Of a stretch of DNA of 64,000 nt, positions 29,640-39,335 are shown piece after piece. A model generated the notes under the pieces. The model did not search any database and was not told where the DNA came from. It was given only the letters and a program-made list of their open reading frames with translations. The first letter of the stretch is position 1, and every line of letters starts with the position of its first letter. The stretch comes from Humibacter sp. (GTDB lineage Bacteria; Actinomycetota; Actinomycetes; Actinomycetales; Microbacteriaceae). Location of the stretch: positions 21,768 through 85,767 of the forward strand of contig NZ_DASZVF010000067.1 of the NCBI RefSeq assembly GCF_035547335.1, in the 5' to 3' direction. The translations under genes and the position numbers were made by a program.

Positions 29640-30584
29640 TCACGCCCGCGGGCTGTGCGTCTCGATGGCGATGATGCCGGATGCCGGGTTGCTCTTCGAC
29701 AGGTGCACCACGGAGTACTCGCCCACCTCGAGCGCAGCGGCATCCCGGATGTAGCTGCCCATCGTGGTGCCCGTTGCGAGGGCGATCTCCCGCAGAACAT
29801 CGGGGAGCACGGGGCCGTGCGTGCACAGCACAGACGTCTTGCGCGCCCTGACCCGCTTGCCGACCACCTGGCGGATGCCCGCCGTCGCCGTGCCCGACTC
29901 CCAGGTGTCCTGAGCGAGGCGATCGGTCCGCGTCACGGTGACGCCGAACGCCGCAGCCAGCGGGGCCACGGTGGCGACGCAGCGCACGGCGGGCGAGGTG
30001 ACGATGCGCTTCGGGCGCCACGCCGCGATGGTGGGCACGTTGCTGGCGGCCTGGCGTACGCCGACCTTCGTCAGCGGGCGGAGGGCATCCTCACCCTCCC
30101 AGTGCGAACGCGACGTGGCCTTGGCGTGCCGAAGCACGATGAGCGCGAATGTCTTGGTGACACCCTCGTCGTAGAGGGCGGCCCACTGTTCGACGATCTC
30201 GACGTCGCGCTCGTAGCTGAGGTATTTGCGCACGCGTCGCAGCGGAACCCACTCGATGGCCGCGATCTCCTCGTTCGGCACGAACGTGGAGGCGTGCACG
30301 GCCTTGTCGCTCACGGCCGCCGCCCAGTAGTGCACGAACTTCTCGCGTCCGCTCGAGATCGTGTACTGCGTGATGCCCAGCGGAACGCCGAGCGTCACCT
30401 TCAGGCCGGTCTCCTCGAGCACCTCGCGCTGCGCGGCCTGGGGGAGCGACTCGCCCGGGTCGACCTTGCCCTTCGGCAGGGTCACGTCGGCGTACTTGGC
30501 GCGGTGCACGACGAGGATGTGCACGGCGCCGTCGATGATGCGCCAGCACACCGCGCCGCCGGCGTAGATGGCGGTCTCTGTCAC
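29640..30584 (-). CDS. bifunctional NUDIX hydrolase / histidine-phosphatase-family protein (MutT1-like)
   Basis: Nudix box [22 protein letters not shown], followed by LRHAKA (His-phosphatase RHG-type motif). The start overlaps the ppk stop by 4 nt. Confidence 0.85.
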   Translation of the reverse strand: MTETAIYAGGAVCWRIIDGAVHILVVHRAKYADVTLPKGKVDPGESLPQAAQREVLEETGLKVTLGVPLGITQYTISSGREKFVHYWAAAVSDKAVHASTFVPNEEIAAIEWVPLRRVRKYLSYERDVEIVEQWAALYDEGVTKTFALIVLRHAKATSRSHWEGEDALRPLTKVGVRQAASNVPTIAAWRPKRIVTSPAVRCVATVAPLAAAFGVTVTRTDRLAQDTWESGTATAGIRQVVGKRVRARKTSVLCTHGPVLPDVLREIALATGTTMGSYIRDAAALEVGEYSVVHLSKSNPASGIIAIETHSPRA

Positions 30585-32761
30585 CGGCGGCTGCCTGGGC
30601 GCTGTCGGTGCGAGATCAACTGCATGAGCCTATTCTGCAGGTCGTCGAGCGGCTGTCCATTCTCGTCCAGGCTGTGCCGCACCCAGCTGCCGTCCGAGGT
30701 GAGCCACCACGACGACGTGCGGTCATCCATGGCCCTGTCGAAAAGCTCGTCGAGCTCTGCGATGTGCGCCCGGTCCACCAGGCGCACGAGCGTCTCGACC
30801 CTGCGATCGAGGTTGCGGTGCATCATGTCGGCGCTGCCGATGTAGACCTGCGGATCCCCGTCGTTGGCGAACGCGAAGATGCGCGAGTGCTCCAGGTATC
30901 GCCCCAAGATGGAGCGCACCCGCACGTTCGCGCTGTAGTCCTCCTGGCCTGCCTTCAGTCCGCAGATGCCTCGCACCCACAGGTCGACCGGCACGCCTGC
31001 CCTGCTCGCACGGTAGAGGGCGTCGATGATCGCCTCGTCGACGATGGAGTTGACCTTGATGCGGATGCCGCTGGCCCGGCCCGCCTCAGCGTTCTTGCGC
31101 TCGTTGTCGATGGCCTTGAGCAGGCCCTTGCGCAGGTGCAACGGCGCCACCAGCAGCCGCTTGAACTTCTTCTCGATCGCGTAGCCGGAGAGCTCGTTGA
31201 ACAGCCGCGTCAGATCCTTGCCCACCTGGTCGTCGGCCGTGAGCAGACCGAGATCCTCGTAGATGCGCGACGTCTTGGGGTTATAGTTGCCTGTGCCGAT
31301 GTGGCTGTAGTGCCGCAGCACCCCGTTCTCCTCGCGCACGACGAGCGCGAGCTTGCAGTGCGTCTTGAGCCCGACGAGGCCGTACACGACGTGCACACCG
31401 GCCTTCTCAAGCTTGCGCGCCCACTCGATGTTCGCCTGCTCGTCGAACCGCGCCTTGATCTCCACCAGCGCGAGCACCTGCTTGCCGCGCTCTGCGGCGT
31501 CGATGAGCGCCTCGACGATCGGGCTGTCGCCGCTCGTGCGGTACAGGGTCTGCTTGATGGCCAGCACATGAGGGTCGCGCGCCGCCTGCTCCAGGAACGC
31601 CTGCACGCTCGTCGCGAACGACTCGTAGGGGTGGTGAAGCAGGATGTTGCCGCGCGCGATCGAGGCGAAGACATCCGGCAGCGCGTTGGGCTCGCGCGGC
31701 ATGAGCTGCGCGGGCGTCGTCGGCACGTGGTTCGGATAGTGCAGCTCGGGCCGTTCGATCTTGGCGAGCTCGTACAGGCCGCCGAGGTCGAGGGGAGCCG
31801 GCAGCGGGTAGACCTCCTGCTGCGTGATGTCGAGCTCGCGCACGAGCAGGTCGAGCGTGATCGCGTCCATGTCCTGCGACACCTCGAGCCGGATCGGCGG
31901 ACCGAACCGGCGCCGCAGCAACTCCCGCTCCAGTGCCTGGATCAGGTTCTCCGTCTCGTCCTCGTCGATCTCGACGTCTTCGTTGCGCGTCACGCGGAAC
32001 ACGTGATGCGCGAGCACCTCCATGCCCGGAAAGAGGTCGCCGAGATGGTGGGCGATCAGGTCCTCGAGCATGATGAAGCGCATCTGCCCGATCGACTCGC
32101 GCTGGTCGATGCGCACGAACCGGGGCAGCATCGTCGGAACCTTGAGCCTCGCGAACTGCTCCTTGCCCGTCTTCGAGTTGCGCACCCTGATCGCCAGGTT
32201 GAGCGAGAGCCCCGAGATGTACGGGAACGGATGCGCGGGGTCCACGGCGAGCGGCATGAGCACGGGGAAGATCTGACGCGAGAAGATGTCGCGCATCTGC
32301 TCGCGATCGGCGTCGTCGAGGCTGTCCCAGGTGGCGATCGAGATCCCGGCCTCGGCGAGAGCCGGCAGCACGCCTTCGTGATAGGCCTTGGCGTGCCGCA
32401 CCTGCAGGTCGTGGGCCATCGCGGAGATGTCGGCGAGCACGTCGACCGGCGCCCTGCCGGTGTTCGTCTGCACGGCGAGACCCGTGAGGATGCGCCGCTT
32501 CAGCCCGGCGACGCGCACCATGAAGAACTCGTCGAGGTTGGTGGCGAAGATCGCGAGGAAGTTCGCCCGCTCCAGCACGGGCACCAGGGGATCTTCGGCC
32601 AGTTCGAGCACGCGCTGGTTGAACGCGAGCCAGCTCAGCTCGCGGTCCAGATAGCGGTCGGGCGGAAGGGTCGGATCGAGCTCGGGATTCCACGGCTGCT
32701 CGAAGTCGTCATCGAACTCGGGGCTGAGCCCGGTGCCGATCAGGGTGTCCTCGCCGTCCAT
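30581..32761 (-). CDS. ppk: polyphosphate kinase 1
   Basis: [18 protein letters not shown], two PLD-like HKD regions ([12 protein letters not shown]; ..LEHSRIF). Start set at ATG 32761, because the upstream in-frame region is a REP-like hairpin. Confidence 0.9.
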   Translation of the reverse strand: MDGEDTLIGTGLSPEFDDDFEQPWNPELDPTLPPDRYLDRELSWLAFNQRVLELAEDPLVPVLERANFLAIFATNLDEFFMVRVAGLKRRILTGLAVQTNTGRAPVDVLADISAMAHDLQVRHAKAYHEGVLPALAEAGISIATWDSLDDADREQMRDIFSRQIFPVLMPLAVDPAHPFPYISGLSLNLAIRVRNSKTGKEQFARLKVPTMLPRFVRIDQRESIGQMRFIMLEDLIAHHLGDLFPGMEVLAHHVFRVTRNEDVEIDEDETENLIQALERELLRRRFGPPIRLEVSQDMDAITLDLLVRELDITQQEVYPLPAPLDLGGLYELAKIERPELHYPNHVPTTPAQLMPREPNALPDVFASIARGNILLHHPYESFATSVQAFLEQAARDPHVLAIKQTLYRTSGDSPIVEALIDAAERGKQVLALVEIKARFDEQANIEWARKLEKAGVHVVYGLVGLKTHCKLALVVREENGVLRHYSHIGTGNYNPKTSRIYEDLGLLTADDQVGKDLTRLFNELSGYAIEKKFKRLLVAPLHLRKGLLKAIDNERKNAEAGRASGIRIKVNSIVDEAIIDALYRASRAGVPVDLWVRGICGLKAGQEDYSANVRVRSILGRYLEHSRIFAFANDGDPQVYIGSADMMHRNLDRRVETLVRLVDRAHIAELDELFDRAMDDRTSSWWLTSDGSWVRHSLDENGQPLDDLQNRLMQLISHRQRPGSRR

Positions 32762-32837
32762 CCTCTCATCATGACACCGTGGGGGAAACGGCAGGTTGCC
32801 GATCGGCTTTCCGTCAGCGGGGCCCAACCGTGACCGA

Positions 32838-32889
32838 GGGTTGAGCCTGTCGAAACCCTCTGCGACCGCGGTTTCGACAAGCTCAACCC
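32838..32889. repeat. REP-like inverted pair of a 20-nt element (GGGTTGAGCYTGTCGAAACC)
   Basis: Arms 32838-32857 and 32870-32889 are complementary with one mismatch, with a 12-nt loop. A third copy lies at 50876-50895. Confidence 0.8.
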
Positions 32890-32905
32890 GCGAGGGGTCG
32901 AACAC

Positions 32906-33814
32906 TCACGCAGGCGCGCGACGGAACTGCACGTCCACCGCATCGTCGACGAAGCCGGCGCGGCGATACAGCGCAAGGGCGCGGTCGTTGTCGCCCTCCA
33001 CGTAGAGCGAGGCCGACGTGCGACCGCGTTCGCGCATCCGCACCAGGCCCTCGGCGAGGAGCACGGATCCGAGTCCGCGTCCTGCAGCGCCAGGGTCGAC
33101 GCCCAGCACGTACACCTCGCCCTCGTCGGATCCGGGCTCGAGCTTCATCCAGTGGAAGCCGAGCATCCTTCCCTCGTCGTCAAGCGCGACCAGAAAGTCG
33201 TCAGGGTCGAACCACGGCTCCGCCTCGCGCTCGGACAGATCGTCGGCGCTCATCCTGCCTTGCTCGGGATGCCCGGCGAACGCCCGCGAGTTGACCGCGA
33301 GCCAGTCGGAGGCACCGGCGACGGGATCGAACGTCTCGATCCGGATGCCGTCGGGCAGCGGCCGCCGCACGACCTGGATGAGCGACGGCAGCCGGAGCCG
33401 CAGCAGCGTACGCACCAGCTGGAAGCCGTGGCTCGCCGCGAGCGCGCGTGCGGCGGGATGGTCGCCGTGCGACCAGGCCGAGACGTTGGGGTCCAGCGTC
33501 GGCAGGAGCGATTCGAGAAGCGCGGTTCCGTAGCCGCGCCCGCGCTCGCCGGGCAGCACGACGAGATCCAGCTCGCCGGCGCCGGTCGCTGCGGCCCCGA
33601 CGATGCGATCGGCGTCGGGGCCGGTGCTGCCGTCGGCACCGCTGTACGCGGCATGCGCGGAACGGCGCCCGGAGGCGAGGTCGAGGCGGGTCTGCTCGTT
33701 GAAGGGGTCGGCGCCGTCCTGCTCGCTCGCGGCATCCGCGACGGCCAGCACCCCGGCGAGATCGTCCGGCGCGGCACGATGCACCCGAATCGCGGGGGCG
33801 GAGGCGTCGGGCAT
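32906..33814 (-). CDS. mshD: tandem-GNAT acetyltransferase, probable mycothiol synthase
   Basis: Two GNAT acetyl-CoA motifs (ERGRGYGTALL; AAGRGLGSVLL). Size and neighbourhood (glnR-like, pst, phoU) match the mycobacterial mshD context. Confidence 0.7.
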   Translation of the reverse strand: MPDASAPAIRVHRAAPDDLAGVLAVADAASEQDGADPFNEQTRLDLASGRRSAHAAYSGADGSTGPDADRIVGAAATGAGELDLVVLPGERGRGYGTALLESLLPTLDPNVSAWSHGDHPAARALAASHGFQLVRTLLRLRLPSLIQVVRRPLPDGIRIETFDPVAGASDWLAVNSRAFAGHPEQGRMSADDLSEREAEPWFDPDDFLVALDDEGRMLGFHWMKLEPGSDEGEVYVLGVDPGAAGRGLGSVLLAEGLVRMRERGRTSASLYVEGDNDRALALYRRAGFVDDAVDVQFRRAPA

Positions 33815-33818
33815 GCGA

Positions 33819-34487
33819 TCAGGCTTCCTCGTCGTCGACCACGTTGAAGCGGTACCCCACGTTCCGCACCGTGCCGATGAGCGACTCCGAGTCGCCGAGT
33901 TTGGCTCGAAGGCGTCGCACGTGCACGTCGACGGTGCGCGTGCCGCCGAAGTAGTCGTAGCCCCACACCTCGCTCAGCAGCTGCTCCCGCGTGAAGACGC
34001 GAGACGGATGCGTGGCGAGGAACCGCAGCAGCTCGAACTCCTTGAACGTCAGGTCAAGCGAGCGTCCGTGCACCTTGGCCGAGTAGCTCGCCTCGTCGAT
34101 GGTCACGCCGGAGGCCTGGATCTTCGACTGGGCGGGATCGTTCGAGCGCCGGTCGACCGCGAGCCGGATGCGCGCATCCGCTTCCGCAGGGCCGGCACCC
34201 TCGAGGATCACGTCGTCGACCCCCCAGTCGCCGGTGACCGCCGTGAGCCCTCCTTCGGTCAGCACGAGCACGATGGGGGTCGAGTTGCCGGTCGAGGAGA
34301 GGATCTTGCACAGCGCCTTCGCGCCGACGAGGTCGCGCCGGGCATCCAGGAAGATCAGGTCGGACGCGGGGGCGTTCAGCAGTGCGGTCGTGGACGAGGC
34401 GACCTGCCGCACGCGGTGCGACAACAGCCCGAGAGCGGGCAGAACCTCTTGCGAAGGCGTGGGCGTGAGCACCAACAGTTGAGCCAC
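33819..34487 (-). CDS. glnR: orphan OmpR-family regulator with atypical receiver (GlnR-like)
   Basis: C-terminal wHTH ([16 protein letters not shown]...[12 protein letters not shown]). The receiver lacks the N-terminal acidic pair. Adjacent to mshD, as glnR is in mycobacteria. GTG start with GGGAGG SD. Confidence 0.7.
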   Translation of the reverse strand: MAQLLVLTPTPSQEVLPALGLLSHRVRQVASSTTALLNAPASDLIFLDARRDLVGAKALCKILSSTGNSTPIVLVLTEGGLTAVTGDWGVDDVILEGAGPAEADARIRLAVDRRSNDPAQSKIQASGVTIDEASYSAKVHGRSLDLTFKEFELLRFLATHPSRVFTREQLLSEVWGYDYFGGTRTVDVHVRRLRAKLGDSESLIGTVRNVGYRFNVVDDEEA

Positions 34488-34593
34488 GCGACCTCCCGCC
34501 CGCTTGAGAGTATCCCGATCCTATCGTCAGCGAGCACGTACCCTCGGCCGCGTCCGCCTTGGGCCCCGGCGCTCAGCGGGGGAGAATGTGCGA

Positions 34594-34875
34594 GTGACCG
34601 GCGAAACCCTCACCCCAGCCCTGCGTTGGACCTCGGTCGTGTGCGTGTGGGCGGCGGCCGTGGTCGCCGCCGTGCTGATCGGCGTGTTCGCGAGTGCGAA
34701 CGCGTACCTCGGATGGTTGGGCATCGCGATGGCGGGAGCCGTGCTGGTGTCGATGTGCGTCCAGCTGGCCACGCAGCAGAAGCGGGGCTTCGTCATGCGG
34801 ATGGGCGCGAGCCTCGCCGGCTCGTTCGTCATCCTCGCGATCGCCACGCTCGTGCTGGCTCTCGCGCACGCCTGA
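34594..34875 (+). CDS. hypothetical membrane protein
   Basis: About 93 aa with 3 hydrophobic helices. Start chosen at GTG 34594, 10 nt after GGGGGAG. The ORF-track start is at 34504. Confidence 0.45.
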   Translation: MTGETLTPALRWTSVVCVWAAAVVAAVLIGVFASANAYLGWLGIAMAGAVLVSMCVQLATQQKRGFVMRMGASLAGSFVILAIATLVLALAHA

Positions 34876-34905
34876 CGGGCGTCGAGGGTCGATAGACTGA
34901 ATCAC

Positions 34906-35016
34906 ATGCTTGTCACCCTCGAGCTCGTCTTCGTCGGGCTGCTGTCGCTGGCGGTGCTGGCGATCGCCGGCGTCTCGGTTCTGGTCGTCTACAACCTGTT
35001 CCGGGGCCAGCGCTGA
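34906..35016 (+). CDS. 36-codon hydrophobic mini-ORF (MLVTLELVFVGLLSLAVLAIAGVSVLVVYNLFRGQR)
   Basis: Read directly; below the ORF-track size cut-off. A single TM helix. Its TGA overlaps a CTG in the nitrobindin frame. Confidence 0.3.
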   Translation: MLVTLELVFVGLLSLAVLAIAGVSVLVVYNLFRGQR

Positions 35017-35090
35017 TCTCGCTGCCAGAAGGGCTCCCCGCTGAGCTCGTTCCTCTCTCGTGGCTCATCGGAGTCTGGGAGGGCACAGGC

Positions 35091-35690
35091 GTGCTCGACT
35101 ACGTGGTGGGTGACGACCATGTCGAGCGCGAGTTCGGGCAGCGCATCAGCTTCAGCCACGACGGGCTCCCGGCGCTGAACTACAGCTCGTACACGTGGCT
35201 CCTCGACGAGCAGCAGACCCCGCTGGCGACGGAGCTCGGATACTGGCGTCTCAGCAGAACGCTGCTGCCCGAGGATGCCGGTCCCGGCCTTCTTCCCGGA
35301 TCGGACGTCCGCCCCTTCAACACCGCGCAGTCCGTCGAGACGCTCCGCACGTCGTCGGGCGGGTTCGAGATCGAGGCGCAGATCCTGCATCCCGACGGCA
35401 TCTCAGAGCTCTACGTCGGCCAGGTGAAGGGTCCGCGCATCGATCTGGCCACGGATGCCGTGCTGCGCACCTCGGGGGCCAAGGACTACTCGGCCGCCAC
35501 CCGGCTGTACGGTCTCGTCGAATCGCACCTGCTGTGGGCCTGGGACATCGCGGCACTGGGCCAGGAGCTGCGCACTCATGCGTCGGCGCGACTGGCCCGC
35601 ACCGACCTGGCGGGAACGAGCGCGCTGGACTCCGACGAAGCGGGCAGCGGTCGGGCAGGCACGCGGCAGGCCGGCCGGGGCAGCGAATGA
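35091..35690 (+). CDS. FABP/nitrobindin-family (DUF1794) protein; annotated start probably too far 3'
   Basis: Beta-barrel family pattern. The conserved N-terminal LVPLSWLIGVWEGTG is encoded in-frame upstream of the first canonical start, GTG 35091. Confidence 0.75.
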   Translation: MLDYVVGDDHVEREFGQRISFSHDGLPALNYSSYTWLLDEQQTPLATELGYWRLSRTLLPEDAGPGLLPGSDVRPFNTAQSVETLRTSSGGFEIEAQILHPDGISELYVGQVKGPRIDLATDAVLRTSGAKDYSAATRLYGLVESHLLWAWDIAALGQELRTHASARLARTDLAGTSALDSDEAGSGRAGTRQAGRGSE

Positions 35691-36877
35691 CCCGTTCACC
35701 GTTCTTCGCGCTGCCGGGCGCCGTCGAGGCCGCGGACGATGCGGCCGACTCCGGAGTGCCTGCGCATTACGGCAACCCGCTCACCGAGCAACGTGCCCTT
35801 CAGCAGGGCGCGGCCGTCGTCGACCTTTCCACGCGCGGTGTCGTCGCCGTGTCAGGGCCAGACCGGCTCAGCTGGCTGGACTCCATGAGCAGCCAGTCCC
35901 TGCGCACGCTCCCTCCCGGGCAGTCCGCCGAGGCCCTGCTCCTGGACCCGGCCGGCCACATCGAGCACGCTCTGCACATCGTGGACGACGACGAGACCAC
36001 GTGGCTGCTCGTCGAGCGCGCCGACACGGATGCCGTGCTCGACTTCCTGCAGAAGATGCGGTTCATGCTCCGGGTCGAGCCTGTCGACCGCACGGCGGAC
36101 TTCGCCACGGTGGGGAGCATGGGTCTGCCGGATGCCGTCGCCGCGGTGGCAGCGGCGCCTCGCGGCATCCCGCTCAGCTGGCACGACCCCTGGCAGAGCG
36201 TTGTCGAAGGCGGCCACCAGTACGCGCGACCTGCCGCCGCCGGCGACGGCGGCGCTCACGAGTATCCGGGCAGCGGATACCGCTGGTTCGAGACGCTCGT
36301 GCCGAGGGACTCGCTCGGCACGCTGGTGGAGAAGGTGGCAGCGGGCGAGCCGGCCGCTGCCGGCACGCTCGCCGCAGAGGCGCTCCGCATCGCGGCATGG
36401 CGGCCGCGCCTTGCGGCGGAGGTGGACGAGCGCACCATCCCGCACGAGCTGGACTGGCTGCGCACCGCGGTGCACCTCACGAAGGGCTGCTATCGCGGAC
36501 AGGAGACGATCGCCAAGGTGCACAATCTCGGGCACCCGCCGCGCAGGCTCGTGTTCCTGCATCTCGACGGATCCGAGGGCATCCAGGTGCCGGCCGGGGC
36601 CGAGGTGCTGGCCGGCGATGCCGTCGTGGGGCGGATCACCTCGTCCGCGGTGCACCACGAGCTGGGACCCGTTGCGCTGGCCGTGGTGAAGAGGTCGACG
36701 GATCCCTCGATCGACCTCGTCGTGCGCACCGCCGACGGGGTCGTCGCCGCGGCGCAGGAGCCGATCGTGCCGACCGACGCGGGCGCGGAGGCGCATGTTC
36801 CGCGCATCCCCAGGCTGGGCGCGGTCAGCAGGGAGGGTGCCGTCAGGCGGGAGCCACCAGCTCCCACGGCAGACTGA
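35687..36877 (+). CDS. ygfZ: folate-binding protein YgfZ (GcvT-like)
   Basis: GVVAVSGPDRLSWLDSMSSQ...TKGCYRGQE signature. The ATG overlaps the nitrobindin stop (ATGA). Confidence 0.85.
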   Translation: MTRSPFFALPGAVEAADDAADSGVPAHYGNPLTEQRALQQGAAVVDLSTRGVVAVSGPDRLSWLDSMSSQSLRTLPPGQSAEALLLDPAGHIEHALHIVDDDETTWLLVERADTDAVLDFLQKMRFMLRVEPVDRTADFATVGSMGLPDAVAAVAAAPRGIPLSWHDPWQSVVEGGHQYARPAAAGDGGAHEYPGSGYRWFETLVPRDSLGTLVEKVAAGEPAAAGTLAAEALRIAAWRPRLAAEVDERTIPHELDWLRTAVHLTKGCYRGQETIAKVHNLGHPPRRLVFLHLDGSEGIQVPAGAEVLAGDAVVGRITSSAVHHELGPVALAVVKRSTDPSIDLVVRTADGVVAAAQEPIVPTDAGAEAHVPRIPRLGAVSREGAVRREPPAPTAD

Positions 36878-37670
36878 GCTCGCCCAGCCGCCATCTCGAC
36901 CGCCCTGCCAGCACCGGCCATCCGCGCTCGCGCAGACGCTCGACCGTGCCGATCCAGCGCTGCACGGGCCCGTAGGGCGACAGGGGAGCGCTGTGCGCCC
37001 ACGCCGCCTCCAGCGCGACGAGCAACTCGTGCACCCTCTCGCCGGGCACGTTGCGGTGGATCAGCGCCTTCGGCAGGCGTTCGGCGACGATCGACGGATG
37101 CTCGAGCCCGGTCAGCTGCAGCGAGACGGTGAACGAGATGGGGCCCTCGGGCGACACTGCCACCCAGCTCGCGATGCGGCCCAGCTCGTCGCACGTGCCC
37201 TCGACCAACAGGCCGCCGGGCTGCAGCCGTGAGCGCATCAGCGCCCACGCCTCCGGCACGTCGGACTCGTCGTACTGTCGCAGCACGTTGAACGCACGGA
37301 TCATGGCAGCTCGCTCGCCGTCGGGCGTCGGCACCTCGAAACCGCCGCGCGCGAACGACACGTGCGCATCCGGGCCGAACGGCGTGGCACCGGCGCGCAC
37401 GCCTTCGAGCTGATCGGATGCCCTCGCCACGCGGGCCGGGTCGATCTCCAGTCCCAGCACCCGCACGTCGTCCCGCACCCGCCGCAGCCGGCGCTCGAGC
37501 TCGAACACGGTGACGCCGCTGGCGCCGTAGCCGAGGTCGACGACGAGGGGATCCTCCGCGCGCCTGAGCGCGGGCTGCGCGGCGGTCCAGCGGTCGACCC
37601 GGCGCAGCCGGTTCGTGTTCGTCGTTCCCCTGGTGATCGCGCCGACGGCCCGCGCGTGCCTCCCGGTCAC
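36843..37670 (-). CDS. class I SAM-dependent methyltransferase
   Basis: VVDLGYGASG motif I and Rossmann-fold pattern. Its 3' end overlaps the ygfZ 3' end convergently by 35 nt. Confidence 0.75.
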   Translation of the reverse strand: MTGRHARAVGAITRGTTNTNRLRRVDRWTAAQPALRRAEDPLVVDLGYGASGVTVFELERRLRRVRDDVRVLGLEIDPARVARASDQLEGVRAGATPFGPDAHVSFARGGFEVPTPDGERAAMIRAFNVLRQYDESDVPEAWALMRSRLQPGGLLVEGTCDELGRIASWVAVSPEGPISFTVSLQLTGLEHPSIVAERLPKALIHRNVPGERVHELLVALEAAWAHSAPLSPYGPVQRWIGTVERLRERGWPVLAGRSRWRLGELSLPWELVAPA

Positions 37671-37717
37671 GGCTCTCCCCTCGATAGTCGTCGTTCCGCC
37701 TCCACTATTCTTGACGT

Positions 37718-38473
37718 ATGCCTGCCCCCTACACCCTGATACTGCTGCGCCACGGCGAGAGCGAGTGGAACCAGAAGAACCTCTTCACCGGTTGGGTCGA
37801 CGTGCGACTGTCGGAGAAGGGGCGGACGGAAGCGGCGCACGCGGGCGAGCTGCTGGCATCCGCGGGCCTGCTTCCCGACGTGCTGCACACGTCGGTGCTG
37901 ACGCGCGCCATCCAGACTGCCGATCTGGCGCTCGAGTCCGCCGACCGGCTCTGGGTGCCGGTGCGCCGCTCGTGGCGTCTGAACGAGCGCCACTACGGAG
38001 CGCTTCAGGGACTGGACAAGGCCGAGACGAAGGCCAAGTACGGCGACGAGCAGTTCATGCTGTGGCGCCGGTCGTTCGATGTGCCGCCGCCTCCCCTCGC
38101 GGACGACGCGGAGTGGTCGCAGGCCGGAGATCCGCGCTACGCGGACCTCACCGACGAGGAGCTGCCACGCACCGAGTGCCTGAAGGATGTGATCGCGCGC
38201 ATGCTGCCGTACTGGCGATCCGACATCATCCCGGATCTCGCGGCGGGCAAGACGGTGCTGGTCACGGCGCACGGCAACTCGCTTCGTGCACTCGTGAAGC
38301 ACCTCGACGGCATCAGCGACGACGACATCGCCGGGCTCAACATACCCACCGGCATCCCGCTCGTGTACCGGCTGGACGAGGACTTCCTGCCGCTCGGTCC
38401 GGGCGAGTACCTGGACCCGGAGGCGGCCGCCGCGGGTGCAGCGGCGGTAGCGGCCCAGGGCGCGGCGAAGTAG
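37718..38473 (+). CDS. gpmA: 2,3-bisphosphoglycerate-dependent phosphoglycerate mutase
   Basis: [23 protein letters not shown]...[11 protein letters not shown] is the canonical dPGM pattern. Confidence 0.95.
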   Translation: MPAPYTLILLRHGESEWNQKNLFTGWVDVRLSEKGRTEAAHAGELLASAGLLPDVLHTSVLTRAIQTADLALESADRLWVPVRRSWRLNERHYGALQGLDKAETKAKYGDEQFMLWRRSFDVPPPPLADDAEWSQAGDPRYADLTDEELPRTECLKDVIARMLPYWRSDIIPDLAAGKTVLVTAHGNSLRALVKHLDGISDDDIAGLNIPTGIPLVYRLDEDFLPLGPGEYLDPEAAAAGAAAVAAQGAAK

Positions 38474-38507
38474 CACGAGCCCCGGGCACGTCAGGAGCGC
38501 TCGGCGG

Positions 38508-39161
38508 TCAGGACGCCTCGGGCACCCAGTCGCCGGTGACGAGGTATTGCACCTTCTTCGCGATGGACACCGCGTGGTCCGCGAAGCGCTCGTGATACCT
38601 GGATGCGAGCGTGGCGTCGACGGTGTCGACGGCCTGGCCCTTCCACGTCTCGCCGAGCACCTTGTCGAAGACGCTGATGTGCAGCTCGTCGATCTCGTCG
38701 TCCTGGTTGCGGATCTCGTCCGCGAGGCGCGGCTCCTGCGTGCGCAGCAACTCGACCAGACGTTCGGCGATCACTACGTCGAGTCGCCCCATCTCGGCGA
38801 ACGTTCCGCGCAGGCTCTTCGGCACGACCTTGTCGGGGAAGCGGTAGCGGGCCAGCTGGGCGATGTGCTCCGCCATGTCGCCCATCCGTTCGAGCGACGC
38901 GCTGATGCGCAGTGCGCTGACCACGATGCGCAGATCGCGGGCGACGGGATTCTGCCTGGCCAGGATCTGGATCGAGAGCTCGTCGAGCACCACGGTGAGC
39001 GCGTCGATCCTCTGGTCGTTCTGGATGACGGTCTCCGCCAGCGAGACATCCCCGTCGTTGAACGCCTGCGTCGCATTGCGGATCGAAAGGACGACGAGCT
39101 CGGCGATCTCGACGAGGCGGTCCTGCACCTCGCGCATCTCGTGCTGGAATACGTCTCGCAT
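38508..39161 (-). CDS. phoU: phosphate signalling complex protein PhoU
   Basis: MRDVFQHEMREV..., two PhoU repeats with E/DxxxD motifs. Start at the in-frame ATG 39161. Confidence 0.9.
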   Translation of the reverse strand: MRDVFQHEMREVQDRLVEIAELVVLSIRNATQAFNDGDVSLAETVIQNDQRIDALTVVLDELSIQILARQNPVARDLRIVVSALRISASLERMGDMAEHIAQLARYRFPDKVVPKSLRGTFAEMGRLDVVIAERLVELLRTQEPRLADEIRNQDDEIDELHISVFDKVLGETWKGQAVDTVDATLASRYHERFADHAVSIAKKVQYLVTGDWVPEAS

Positions 39162-39234
39162 TGAAAAGTTCGCCCTCCCGGCGGCACGCTGGACGGCCGG
39201 TCGATCCGGTCCGCACGTCATGGTCCCTGTGTCA

Positions 39235-39263
39235 GGTTAACGGGCGGTGTCCGACGCCGGAAC
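39235..39263 (-). promoter_or_regulatory. candidate PHO boxes in the phoU/senX3 divergent region
   Basis: Plus strand reads GGTTAAC-N4-GGTGTCC-N4-CCGGAAC, with starts at 39235, 39246 and 39257 (11-nt phasing). The first unit matches the GGTTAAC unit upstream of pstS. Confidence 0.4.
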
Positions 39264-39335
39264 ATTCCGCAAAGGCGGGCCCATCAGGGGGTTCTCCGTC
39301 AAGGCCGCTCGGGCGGCGACGGTAGCCTTCTGACT

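Noticed and set aside
32796-33005. ORF 32796-33005(+), and the N-terminal extension of ppk to 32905 (peptide [17 protein letters not shown]).
   Set aside because: Both are read-throughs of the REP-like hairpin at 32838-32889. The same element produces similar pseudo-peptides at 50876.
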